Below are positions 1 to 9,019 of a stretch of DNA of 61,715 nt, piece after piece. Every line of letters starts with the position of its first letter. Position 1 is the first letter of the stretch. The stretch spans positions 1-61,715 of the forward strand of contig JAGVFR010000013.1 in the NCBI GenBank assembly GCA_020057555.1, read 5' to 3'. The position numbers and the translations under genes were made by a program. The stretch comes from a bacterium (GTDB lineage Bacteria; Patescibacteriota; Patescibacteriia; UBA9934; GWF2-40-263). Under the pieces are notes generated by a model that was not told the DNA's origin, ran no database searches, and saw only the letters and a program-made list of their open reading frames with translations.

Positions 1-1211
1 AAAGCGCTAAAATCCCCGACATTTTGGTTTGAGCCGACCCCGCAAGGCAAATTCATGTTGAATATCGCTTTTGGGCAATCAAAATACTTTGTGGATAATC
101 TTTCAGAGAATACTAAAGAGGGTTGCGTCAAAAATTGCGCCGAGGCGAATTGCCAGGCTACGCTTCGCTGGGATATTTGAACGACTTGCTAAAACACACG
201 ATATATAAAGACCCCGAAAGATTTCGCCTCGTTCGTAAAATTTTTGAACTTTACGCAACCGGAAATTATTCTCTGAAAGATGTGCGGAAGTTAATAACTT
301 CCGCTGGCTTGTTGAGCCGAAAGAAAAATATGCTTTCCGTTTCCAATATCCAAAGCATACTTTCCAATTCATTTTATTATGGAGTGTTTAAATATAACGG
401 CGAAATGTATGACGGAAAGCATGAGCCAATGATTCCAAAGAAACTTTTTGAAGCGTGCCAAAAAGTGATGGCGGATCGCTCCCGCCCGAAAAAGCCGAGC
501 CAAAAAGAATATCCATTTAGAAATATGCTCGTTTGCGGGGAGTGCGGTTGCGCCATAACTTCCGAAACGCAAAAAGGACACAACTATTATCGTTGCACCA
601 AAAAGCGGGATAAAAAATGTTCGCAAAAATATATCCGCGAGGAAGTTTTGGCCGAGCAAGTCGCAAACGAGCTTCAAAAAGTTTCTTTGTCTTCCGCTTG
701 GGCGGAGTGGATGCTCACCGAACTAAACAAGGAAGAAGCGGAAGCCGCCCAAAGCGGAGCCGTTTTCGCTCAAAATCTCAAAAACAAAATAAAAGAGCTT
801 GAAGGAAAGCTCGACATACTTTTAGACGCTCACTTGGACGGCACGATTTCACGCGAGGAATATACCGCTAAAAAAGAAAAAATCATCAACGAAAAAAGCG
901 AGCTTCCCGAAAAATCAAAGGATTTTGAGCGAAACTGCAATCATTGGCTCGAACCGGCCAGACAATTCATTTTAGCGGCTCAACAAGCCAAAATTATCGC
1001 TTTGCAAGAAAATCCCGTCGTGGGACGGGATTTTCTCAAAAGGATTGGCTCGAACCGCGTTTTGCTTTCGCAAAAGGTGGCGATTGAACCTAAAAAATCT
1101 TGGCAAATACTATACAATCTGTCTGCCGAGGCGCGAAGCGCCGAGGCAATAAACTCGCAACATACAATTTGGCTCGGGGGGTGGGATTCGAACCCACGAC
1201 CAATTGGTTAA
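1..1211 (+). pseudogene. large serine recombinase (resolvase-domain tail, recombinase domain, zinc ribbon); 5' end lies outside the window; apparent 1-nt frameshift near nt 115-120
   Basis: Frame 1 (nt 1-117) reads ...FMLNIAFGQSKYFVDNLSENTK. Frame 3 continues RGLRQKLRRGELPGYASLGY... The frames join only if one A is added in ACTAAAGAGGG. A zinc ribbon VCGECGCAITSETQKGHNYYRC and a coiled-coil tail follow. The last 14 codons run into tRNA-Asn. Confidence 0.7.
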
Positions 1212-1244
1212 CAGCCAACTGCTCTGCCGCTGAGCTACCCCCGA
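1170..1244 (-). tRNA. tRNA-Asn (anticodon GTT)
   Basis: 75-nt cloverleaf: acceptor TCGGGGG/CCCCCGA, D-arm GCTCAGCGGCAGAGC, anticodon loop CTGTTAA, T-arm GTGGG-TTCGAAT-CCCAC, encoded GCCA end. Confidence 0.9.
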
Positions 1245-1371
1245 ATATTGTTCTTTTATGAACGTCGAGATTATAGCAAAGGGTTAATCTGCAGGCAAGG
1301 CTTTAAATATTGCCAACAATAATAAAACATGCTATACATTTGAACACAATTTCCTTGGAGGGAATAAAAAA

Positions 1372-1653
1372 ATGGATTCGAAAGAGGAACTGGTCACACG
1401 GCTCACTAAACACGCCAAGAACATCAGCAGCATCACTATAACGTGGAACGCGTCTGATGGCGGACCGCGAATGGACATCAATCTGATAGCTAGAAACGGA
1501 AGTGACTTGGACAGCTGGAACGACTGGATGATTCTCGGCGATGGAGGTAGAACGACCGGAGCCGACATTATCATCAATATCATAAGGAGTGTACTTCCTC
1601 ACGCAGGACTCACAGATCGAGGAAACTTTCATCTTCGTTTCGAAATTTCCTAG
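1372..1653 (+). CDS. hypothetical protein (93 aa), GC-richer, SD-led
   Basis: ORF preceded by GGAGGGAATAAAAAA-ATG and followed by an intrinsic terminator. No recognisable motif. Confidence 0.5.
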   Translation: MDSKEELVTRLTKHAKNISSITITWNASDGGPRMDINLIARNGSDLDSWNDWMILGDGGRTTGADIIINIIRSVLPHAGLTDRGNFHLRFEIS

Positions 1654-1670
1654 AATCGCTCACGCGTCTG

Positions 1671-1696
1671 CCTTCACACTATGTGAAGGTTTTTTT
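1671..1696 (+). terminator. intrinsic terminator
   Basis: CCTTCAC-loop-GTGAAGG followed by TTTTTTT. Confidence 0.6.
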
Positions 1697-1918
1697 ATTT
1701 TGTGATATACTTTTATTATAAACTTAAAAGCAAACATATGGCCAAAGGAAAAAACGCGAGAAAGAACATTAAGAAACCGAAGAAAAACGCTAAAAAGAAA
1801 TAAAAAGAGATAGGTTTTGGATAAGTAATTCTTATAAGAAGTATATACGTCCATACTTTTACAGAGGTGTGGACGTTTTTATAGTTCATTAACACTGGTA
1901 TCTTTTTTATCATCACTG

Positions 1919-1947
1919 TTGACACACAATCCGTGTAATAGTACAAT
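1919..1947 (+). promoter_or_regulatory. sigma70-type promoter of the ArsR-family gene
   Basis: TTGACA, 17-nt spacer, TACAAT. An inverted repeat TTAAAC-N11-GTTTAA just downstream is a possible operator. Confidence 0.55.
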
Positions 1948-1983
1948 TAAACTATTAAATAAGTGTTTAATTGATGTAATTTT

Positions 1984-2322
1984 ATGCTTAACAAAAATGA
2001 AATCATTAAGAAGCAAAAACTTCTTAATGAAACTGATGAAAGAATGGCGAATACATTTAAAGCGCTTAGTGACGTGAATCGCTATCGCATTTTTCGTATT
2101 CTTGCAAAACAACCGCAGCTTACTGTCAGCAACATCGCTAAAATATTGAAAATATCAGTCCCTTTAGCATCGCAACATGTAAAAGTCTTAACGAATGCAA
2201 AAATATTGCAAAAGGAACGGGTTGGGAAGAAAATTTTCCCAAAAATTAAACATAGTAATCCGTTTGTCAAAACTGTTATTAAAACAATTCCCTACTGTAC
2301 AAGAGGTGATTATTTCGATTGA
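1984..2322 (+). CDS. ArsR/SmtB-family transcriptional regulator
   Basis: FKALSDVNRYRIFRILAKQPQLTVSNIAKILKISVPLASQHVKVLTNAKIL matches the ArsR winged-HTH pattern. Confidence 0.8.
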   Translation: MLNKNEIIKKQKLLNETDERMANTFKALSDVNRYRIFRILAKQPQLTVSNIAKILKISVPLASQHVKVLTNAKILQKERVGKKIFPKIKHSNPFVKTVIKTIPYCTRGDYFD

Positions 2323-2374
2323 TGGAAATACAGAAAATATTTTACAACCTTAACGAACATTCAATTACATATAT

Positions 2375-2905
2375 ATGACCAACAAATATTTATTTTTAAT
2401 GGCCTTTTCTTTTCCACTATTATCAATGGGTGCCGGATGTGCAATTCAAAATACATATGATCAAACAAATGCGAGCTACAGGAAATATGACAATACAGGC
2501 GCTCAAAATTCTTTTGTTTCATCAACTACCGAAAATTCATTGCCATCTTTACCAACCACATGTACAGACCAAGAGGATGGCATGCCAGTCATCACATCAT
2601 TGTCAAGTTACTCTGGTCCAGTTGGAACAACGCTCGAAATAAGCGGCTGTAATTTTGCTGGTTTCGAAGGAGACCTGAATGCATGGATCGAAGATATCGA
2701 TGGAGTAAAGGGAGTTCTGCATTCAGAAGTTGGATCCACAGAGAAACTCTTGAAGGTCGTCCTCAAATCAAAACTCTGCCAAAAGGATATTTCTTATAGC
2801 GGCCTTACTTGTGACGCGTCGTTAGTTTTAGTTCCTGGAACATATAAAATCTTTGTGTCGCCATGGGGAAAAACAAGCAACAATGTAATATTTGAAATCG
2901 AATAA
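2375..2905 (+). CDS. lipoprotein with IPT/TIG-like domain
   Basis: Signal peptide with lipobox LSMGAGC. PVITSLSSYSGPVGTTLEISGCNF is IPT/TIG-like. Confidence 0.55.
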   Translation: MTNKYLFLMAFSFPLLSMGAGCAIQNTYDQTNASYRKYDNTGAQNSFVSSTTENSLPSLPTTCTDQEDGMPVITSLSSYSGPVGTTLEISGCNFAGFEGDLNAWIEDIDGVKGVLHSEVGSTEKLLKVVLKSKLCQKDISYSGLTCDASLVLVPGTYKIFVSPWGKTSNNVIFEIE

Positions 2906-2973
2906 GTTCAAAATATCCCAAATGTGAAACGACAAAATATCTTATAAACTTACTAATTCACTCACTTTTCAAT

Positions 2974-3264
2974 ATGAAAAATAAATTAAAAAAAGGGCTC
3001 ATAATTGGAAGCCTGCTTGCAGTCGGAGCAGCAATTGGATTTGCAACTACAAAAGACATGAAACAAATTGCAAAAGACTTAAAAAAAAATCTAAATAAGT
3101 TGCAAGATGTTACAAAAGTAGAGTTTGATGAATTAGTCACAAAAGCCGTTGAGAAACATGCAAAAAAAATGGATCTTACAAGTGATGCTAGACAAGCACT
3201 TATGACTGCTTTACGAGCAAGTTGGCGTGAAATCGAAAAAGAATGTCATTCAGGGAAAAAATAA
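2974..3264 (+). CDS. YtxH-like membrane-anchored protein
   Basis: N-terminal GLIIGSLLAVGAAIGFATT followed by a charged helical region. Confidence 0.4.
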   Translation: MKNKLKKGLIIGSLLAVGAAIGFATTKDMKQIAKDLKKNLNKLQDVTKVEFDELVTKAVEKHAKKMDLTSDARQALMTALRASWREIEKECHSGKK

Positions 3265-3274
3265 AGGAATAATT

Positions 3275-3673
3275 ATGAAAAAAATAATCATCATATTAAT
3301 TGTTTTAGCAATTTCAGCAATCATATCGTCTTTAATATTAGCTAAATTTAAAAACGATAAACAAACTGCCGATATTTCAATTTCTGAACATGAAGCTCCT
3401 TTGGCAGAGAACGAAACAAACGAAAAAATTAAACAATTATTCGTAGAAAAGTACCCATCTTTTACTGACACTATCAAAGTGACAATAAATCAAGAAACTC
3501 AAAAGCACGCACGAGGTATAATAAAATTCGTTTCTGACGCTTCTGGAGGAATCTTCCTAGCTACAAAAATCGACGAAAAATGGCAGATAGTATTTGATGG
3601 CAATGGAACAATCCCATGCAGTCTTTCAAAATACGAATTTCCAGATAAGATGTTGTCGGATTGTGCAAAATAG
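3275..3673 (+). CDS. hypothetical membrane-anchored protein
   Basis: ATG at 3275 follows AAAGGAA. N-terminal TM helix KKIIIILIVLAISAIISSLILA. The upstream part of the 3227 ORF overlaps the previous gene. Confidence 0.5.
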   Translation: MKKIIIILIVLAISAIISSLILAKFKNDKQTADISISEHEAPLAENETNEKIKQLFVEKYPSFTDTIKVTINQETQKHARGIIKFVSDASGGIFLATKIDEKWQIVFDGNGTIPCSLSKYEFPDKMLSDCAK

Positions 3674-3702
3674 TTGTGTAAATATTCTATTTGAACAGTC
3701 CC

Positions 3703-3731
3703 TTGCCAAAATCCGAGACTTAAGCTATACT
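3703..3731 (+). promoter_or_regulatory. promoter of the cold-shock gene
   Basis: TTGCCA, 17-nt spacer, TATACT. It is followed by a ~65-nt leader, as is usual for csp genes. Confidence 0.55.
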
Positions 3732-3795
3732 ATCGCTGTCATTTAGACACAGAAACAAAGTCGAGTTTCAAAATAAGCAAACAAAACACATTCGT

Positions 3796-3996
3796 ATGAC
3801 AGGAACAATCAAGACTCTTACGGAAAAGGGATTTGGATTCATTTCTCGCGAAGGCGAGGCAAAGGATCTTTTCTTCCACTCCAAAGAGCTCCAAGGTGTG
3901 ACATATGACGAGTTGAACGTTGGCGACACAGTCAACTTCGAGATCGACAACTCTGGCCCAAAGGGACCAGCTGCAGTCAATGTAACACGCGTATAA
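3796..3996 (+). CDS. csp: cold-shock protein (CspA family)
   Basis: GTIKTLTEKGFGFISREGEAKDLFFH carries the RNP1/RNP2 motifs; 66 aa. Confidence 0.95.
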   Translation: MTGTIKTLTEKGFGFISREGEAKDLFFHSKELQGVTYDELNVGDTVNFEIDNSGPKGPAAVNVTRV

Positions 3997-4003
3997 TAAA
4001 AAA

Positions 4004-4035
4004 TACCGCTCTCAATTTGAGGGCGGTTTTTTTAT
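4004..4035 (+). terminator. intrinsic terminator
   Basis: ACCGCTCTCA-loop-GAGGGCGGT followed by a T-run. Confidence 0.7.
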
Positions 4036-4083
4036 TTCAAATATTAAATAAAAAAAAATGACGATGTCGGTCGTCAAATTCAG

Positions 4084-4479
4084 CTAGTCAGACTTGCGCG
4101 TTCTTGTCACAAGAACTTCTTGAACGAAGATTTGCGGTTCCTCCCAAGGGTGAACTTCGACAATTGCGTCAAGGACTTCGCGAAGACGCACCACGTCTTT
4201 TGATCCTCCACGTGGAAGCGTGAACGAAAGTTCGATCGATGGAACTGCTGATCGTCTTCCTATTTCACCAATCGCCGGCTTCGCGCCTTCAAGAGATCGG
4301 TATTTTTCGAGTCCTATCCCCGACTCGAACACAACTTGATCGTACTTAACTCCGTAACGAAGCGGATCGTGCTCTAAGATGGCATTGGTAACTCTTTCTT
4401 TGAATCCATTGTAGCTCGATACCACAACTGTAACTCGAAATACTCGTTCAAACCCAAACACCTTGCTTCCTTCTGCCAT
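4084..4479 (-). CDS. NIF3/YqfO-associated PII-like domain protein (COG3323-like)
   Basis: YRSLEGAKPAIGEIGRRSAVPSIELSF...VHPWEEPQIF resembles the F-RPLEGANPFIGEVG...HPYEEPAY pattern. Start chosen at the ATG after GAAAGGAGGTCAT. Confidence 0.5.
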   Translation of the reverse strand: MAEGSKVFGFERVFRVTVVVSSYNGFKERVTNAILEHDPLRYGVKYDQVVFESGIGLEKYRSLEGAKPAIGEIGRRSAVPSIELSFTLPRGGSKDVVRLREVLDAIVEVHPWEEPQIFVQEVLVTRTRKSD

Positions 4480-4557
4480 ATGACCTCCTTTCAAAATGAA
4501 AAGTAGCAGATATATGTAAAATTGAAAAGGTTAAAAATATGATAAAATGTTCCTCAC

Positions 4558-5436
4558 ATGAAAACCATCACAACAACATACAAAAATCCTGATCTTGATG
4601 GATACGGATCCGCAATGGCATACGCGGAATTTCTTCGAGCAAAAGGAAAAGACGCTACTGCTCATATTTGGGGCACACCGCATCTTGAAGTTCAATGGCT
4701 TCTTGATACATTCAAACTTCCGAATGCAAAAGGCCAAACAGACGACATAACATCAGAAGTCATTCTTTTGGACGCAAGCAGTCCGGAGGATTTACCAAAA
4801 CCACTTCAAGCAAAACAAGTTATAGAGATTATAGACCACAGAAAAGTCAACGATGTTAACGCTTTTCCAAATGCTACTTCACAAATTGAGCTTGTTGGAG
4901 CGTCTGCCACGCTTGTGGCTGAACGATTCAAAAAAGCGAATCTGGAGCCATCAAAAGAATCAGCGTTGTTTCTTTATGGAGCAATAATTTCAAACACAGA
5001 AAACTTCACTGGAATATTTACTGACCGCGATAAAGAAATGGCAAGTTGGTTGAAACAAATTTCAAATGCGCCGGATGATCTTGCACAACAAATGTTCATT
5101 GCAAAATCCGACTTGTCAGGAAATCGATTGAGAGAAATGTTGTTCGGAGATTTGAAAGTAATTGTTATTCAAGGGAAAACTTTTGCGATTGGTCAGATTG
5201 AGATAATTGGCGTTGACGAGCTTTTGAAAAATCGTCGAGAAGAGATCACGGACATAATGAGGGAAATTCAAAAGACAAACAACTCCGATTTTACTTTTGT
5301 GAATTTTAAGGATCTTGAAAAAGTCTCGTCAAAAAATCTTTGTCTTGATGAGAAAACAACAGAACTCTTGAAAGATTTGCCAGATTTGAAATTTAGAAAA
5401 CATATAATCGCTTGGATTCAGGAAAAGCTAAAATAA
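4558..5436 (+). CDS. DHH/DHHA2 phosphoesterase, family II inorganic pyrophosphatase-like
   Basis: NPDLDGYGSAMAYAEFL, LLDASSPEDL, IIDHRK (variant of the DHH motif), and a C-terminal DHHA2-like region. Confidence 0.6.
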   Translation: MKTITTTYKNPDLDGYGSAMAYAEFLRAKGKDATAHIWGTPHLEVQWLLDTFKLPNAKGQTDDITSEVILLDASSPEDLPKPLQAKQVIEIIDHRKVNDVNAFPNATSQIELVGASATLVAERFKKANLEPSKESALFLYGAIISNTENFTGIFTDRDKEMASWLKQISNAPDDLAQQMFIAKSDLSGNRLREMLFGDLKVIVIQGKTFAIGQIEIIGVDELLKNRREEITDIMREIQKTNNSDFTFVNFKDLEKVSSKNLCLDEKTTELLKDLPDLKFRKHIIAWIQEKLK

Positions 5437-5664
5437 AAAACGACCCGAGTGGGTCGCAGAGTAGATGACAGGAAGCGATAGAATATCTTCTCACTCTTCG
5501 TAATCGAACCTCACGAACACTTTTGTTCTCGAACCATGCCGTTGACAGCTTTTTGCCGCTTGCAACAAAGCGCGTCCAAGACGGTCTCGATCTCTTAAAG
5601 AGAGATCACTGGTTTGAAAAAACCCTTGAGCTATTATCAAGGTAGTCCGGCAGACAGGAAGAAG

Positions 5665-5919
5665 TTAAATGTTCTTGATCGAAGGATCATGCACCAATGA
5701 AGGAACATGTCCGCTGTCGAATGAAACAACGACATTAATAGCGTCTTCCAATTCTGGAACTTTTGCTGAAATTGTCGCCCGACGAAGAGTGTCACTCATG
5801 CATCGCTTGAAAGCGTTGTCAGTTGCGACTGCTCCAGCAAAACATCCTTCAACAGGTGCATCGCCGTTTCCGAGTTCGTTGAACGAACTCGGCCAGTTTT
5901 TCACGTTGATAATGAGCAT
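5665..5919 (-). CDS. hypothetical protein (84 aa), second gene of a GC-rich two-gene operon
   Basis: ATG at 5919 follows AGGAGGTCTC. A terminator CCTTGA-N7-TCAAGG plus T-run lies downstream (plus-strand 5617-5640). The longer 5665..6111 ORF is Ser-rich upstream of this ATG. Confidence 0.45.
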   Translation of the reverse strand: MLIINVKNWPSSFNELGNGDAPVEGCFAGAVATDNAFKRCMSDTLRRATISAKVPELEDAINVVVSFDSGHVPSLVHDPSIKNI

Positions 5920-5948
5920 GAGACCTCCTGTGCTTGACGCTAAATGCG

Positions 5949-6380
5949 TCAGGTTGAACGACGGTGACGAGACAATGCTTGAAACGGAGCTCGCAGTACA
6001 GCGGACAACAGAGTTCCGCAATAGAACCTTGCTGAACGAAGTTGTCGGCGAAACTTCCGATATCTGTCCTCGAAAGCAGTCGGCGGCCACTCGGTTTTTG
6101 GAGCTTTGCATGGAATCTGTGTTCGAACAAATCCATCAACCTTTATCATGTTGTTCGTCTTGATCCTAAGAACAATGTACCAAGTGTTCTCACAGATATT
6201 CACATAGAGTCCATCGTTTCTGAACTGCATTGCTGTGATCGTTGCGTGTGGCCCATGATCCACCACGAATCCGCCGCTACCAGTTGTTCCGATTTCGGTT
6301 TGTTCGCAGGCGATCGAGTTTCCAAACGCCGCTTTCAGACGTTTTTCAAGATCAAGCCTGACTCCTCTCATAGCTTCCAC
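5949..6380 (-). CDS. hypothetical protein (~143 aa), first gene of the GC-rich operon divergent from the serpin
   Basis: SD AAGAGGTG precedes GTG at 6380 (alternative ATG at 6371). Contains IGTTGSGGFVVDHGPH. Arg-rich C-terminal tail. No family recognised. Confidence 0.45.
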   Translation of the reverse strand: MEAMRGVRLDLEKRLKAAFGNSIACEQTEIGTTGSGGFVVDHGPHATITAMQFRNDGLYVNICENTWYIVLRIKTNNMIKVDGFVRTQIPCKAPKTEWPPTAFEDRYRKFRRQLRSARFYCGTLLSAVLRAPFQALSRHRRST

Positions 6381-6486
6381 TTTTTTCACCTCTTTTCTTG
6401 TCTTGGAAACAGACGCTTTTGCAGACTACCCAAAAAAGTATTTTTTGTCTATAGTGTGCATTGACCATTGAGAAAAGGAGGTGCGC

Positions 6487-7386
6487 GTGGAATTAGTTGA
6501 AAAAAGAAGCTTCGCACAGAGTATCTGGCCAATAGATGCCAGTCTGGTTATGGCAGAGCGATTCCTTCTTGGGCCAAATCGAGTTTGGCGATATGTCAAT
6601 CAAACACAAGAAGCCTTTATTCGCGACCACCTCGGTGTCAGTCGCGGAGGATCACTTGATGTTGTGAGATCTATCGCAAGCTATTTAGCGCATGAGATCG
6701 AAGCATGGCTCAAACAACACGGCTTCGAAATCAAAATTGAAACGCTCGAAAGAAACGAGTTCAGTGTCGCGAGTGTTTTGGACGTTCTTTTGAAGTGGCC
6801 TCAAGATTGTGCTGAAAAGTCTGAACTTCACGTTGACGAAACACGCTATACTGGCGTTTGGATCAAACGAGGCGCGAAGTTCCTTTACACTTCAGCTCAA
6901 GACACACCAAAAAAACCGATCGTCAAACTCCCAACGGACAACAAGAGCATCAACGTATTTCTAACAATGCTTGACGAGCCTCCGCTCGGCGAATTCGGTC
7001 TTGTAACTTACGCCAGATACCTCTCTAGCGTAAACAAACAGTGTCTGGATTTGTATGACACTGTTGGTGTGCTCTTTCCAATGATCCAACTTGAGGAACA
7101 TTCGCGACTCGACTGGATCAGAAAAATGTGGACGTTTGACAGTGCTGGATTTCCAGCATTGATTAAACAAGCTGTTCAGATCAACCGCCTGCGCATGAAC
7201 GAGGATGGAGTCCGCGCACAGAGCGCTGTTCAAATTCGAATTCCTACAATCGGAGGATCTTCTCGAAAACCGTACATCTTCAACCATCCGTTTTTGCTGT
7301 GGATAGAACACGACAGCTCTCCAGAACCATTGTTCTCTGCTTGGCTCAACTTTGACTCGTGGAAAAACCCTCATGGCCTGAAGTAA
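6487..7386 (+). CDS. short divergent serpin-family protein
   Basis: Hinge-like NEDGVRAQSAV. YIFNHPFLLWI fits the serpin signature as I remember it. C-terminus PLFSAWLNFDSWKNP matches serpin ...LFMGRVxNP. VLFPMIQLEE resembles the LPKFKLE strand. SD AAGGAGG. Confidence 0.7.
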   Translation: MELVEKRSFAQSIWPIDASLVMAERFLLGPNRVWRYVNQTQEAFIRDHLGVSRGGSLDVVRSIASYLAHEIEAWLKQHGFEIKIETLERNEFSVASVLDVLLKWPQDCAEKSELHVDETRYTGVWIKRGAKFLYTSAQDTPKKPIVKLPTDNKSINVFLTMLDEPPLGEFGLVTYARYLSSVNKQCLDLYDTVGVLFPMIQLEEHSRLDWIRKMWTFDSAGFPALIKQAVQINRLRMNEDGVRAQSAVQIRIPTIGGSSRKPYIFNHPFLLWIEHDSSPEPLFSAWLNFDSWKNPHGLK

Positions 7387-7448
7387 ATTCTATACTTCGG
7401 CCTTTTTTTATTGCTAAAATTTGAGAAATTTGATAGACTTCTTGCATT

Positions 7449-8696
7449 ATGTCAAGAGAAGAACTCAACCAAGAAACATTTTTCGGACTGGGAATAGCTC
7501 CAACACTGTTAGAAAGACTCGAAAAGCTTGGATTTAAGCATCCAACACCAATTCAATTCAAAGCAATTCCAGTTGCCGCAACAGGCGAAGATCTTATTGG
7601 AATTGCGCAAACCGGCACTGGAAAAACACTGGCTTTCACGATTCCAATGCTTCAGCAAATGTCTGCACGTTCAAAAATGGGGCTTGTACTCCTCCCTACT
7701 CGCGAGCTTGCTGTTCAGGTTGATGAGGTCTTGCGCAAAATTGGTTTAACAATGGGTCTTCGCACAGCAGTGCTAATCGGCGGAGTACCAATGAGTCCGC
7801 AAATCAGACAACTTCGCGCAAAACCTCACGTGATTGTTGCAACACCTGGTCGTCTTATTGATCATCTTGAACAAAAAAACTTGAAGCTGGATAGAGTTGG
7901 AGTGTTGGTGCTAGATGAAGCGGATCGAATGCTTGATATGGGATTTGCGCCTCAACTTAAAAAAATTCTTGTTACTGTTCCAACTGATCGTCAAACAATG
8001 TTGTTTTCAGCGACAATGCCGGAGGAGATTGCAAAGATCGCGCGAACATACATGAAACAGCCATTGCGCATCGAGGTTGCTCCATCTGGAACAACGATCG
8101 AAAAAGTTGATCAGGAAGTTTACATTGTTTCAAAAACTGAAAAGGCTCAACTGCTCGAACGTTTACTCAAAGAATACAAAGGCACGGTTCTTTTGTTCAC
8201 TCGCACAAAACATGGCGCAACAAAAGTCGCGCGCATGGTGAAACTAATGCATCATTCAGTTACGGAGATCCATTCCAACCGTTCACAAAACCAACGCCAA
8301 GATGCTATACGAGGTTTTTCATCTGGCAAGTATCGTGTTTTGGTTGCAACAGATATTGCCGCTAGAGGGATTGATGTAAAAAACATCGAACTTGTTTTGA
8401 ATTTTGATTTACCGGATCATTTGGAAGATTATGTTCACCGTATTGGACGAACAGGACGAGCAGGCAAAGCTGGCAAAGCGATTTCGTTCGCGGCGCCTGA
8501 ACAAAAAGCAGATGTCCGCGGAATTGAAAGACTAATTAGAAAAACACTTGCAATGAAAACTCCATCAGGAGAACCTGTTGCGCCAGAACAGCCTCGGCAA
8601 TATCATCACACACCACGAAACAGACGAACTGATTCTGATTTTCGTGGTCAATCACGAAATCGACGTAGTCCAAGACAGCAAAGCCATCATCGTTAA
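7449..8696 (+). CDS. DEAD-box ATP-dependent RNA helicase
   Basis: AQTGTGKT, DEAD, SAT and HRIGRTGRAG motifs; basic C-terminal tail. Confidence 0.95.
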   Translation: MSREELNQETFFGLGIAPTLLERLEKLGFKHPTPIQFKAIPVAATGEDLIGIAQTGTGKTLAFTIPMLQQMSARSKMGLVLLPTRELAVQVDEVLRKIGLTMGLRTAVLIGGVPMSPQIRQLRAKPHVIVATPGRLIDHLEQKNLKLDRVGVLVLDEADRMLDMGFAPQLKKILVTVPTDRQTMLFSATMPEEIAKIARTYMKQPLRIEVAPSGTTIEKVDQEVYIVSKTEKAQLLERLLKEYKGTVLLFTRTKHGATKVARMVKLMHHSVTEIHSNRSQNQRQDAIRGFSSGKYRVLVATDIAARGIDVKNIELVLNFDLPDHLEDYVHRIGRTGRAGKAGKAISFAAPEQKADVRGIERLIRKTLAMKTPSGEPVAPEQPRQYHHTPRNRRTDSDFRGQSRNRRSPRQQSHHR

Positions 8697-8737
8697 AATA
8701 ACAAATTAACCATATTATTCTTTAAGCTACTCCAAAT

Positions 8738-8989
8738 ATGCACAATCTAAATCATCTCCTTAAAGTCACAATGGCGTGGACAACCATCGCTTATGTGATT
8801 TGCTTCGTTGTTGTATTGATTTTTCCTTCAATCAGAGAACTCTTTTTCCAATACGCTTTACACACAAGCATCACGATCAAAAATCTTGACATGAACATAG
8901 GAAATTTTATTTCTGGCCTGATCATCTGGAACGTTTTGGATGTCGTTTTTGTCTGGTTGTTTGCTTCGCTTTACAAATCAATAAAATAG
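8738..8989 (+). CDS. small membrane protein
   Basis: Two predicted TM helices. A bidirectional hairpin GAAGCCCGGTCGGGCTTC lies downstream. Confidence 0.5.
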   Translation: MHNLNHLLKVTMAWTTIAYVICFVVVLIFPSIRELFFQYALHTSITIKNLDMNIGNFISGLIIWNVLDVVFVWLFASLYKSIK

Positions 8990-9019
8990 TTTTTTCAAAA
9001 AAAGAAGCCCGGTCGGGCT

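Noticed and set aside
103-677. Minus-strand ORFs 103..372, 369..677 and 377..583 opposite the serine recombinase
   Set aside because: They lie antisense to a gene with clear recombinase and zinc-ribbon motifs and have no signals of their own.
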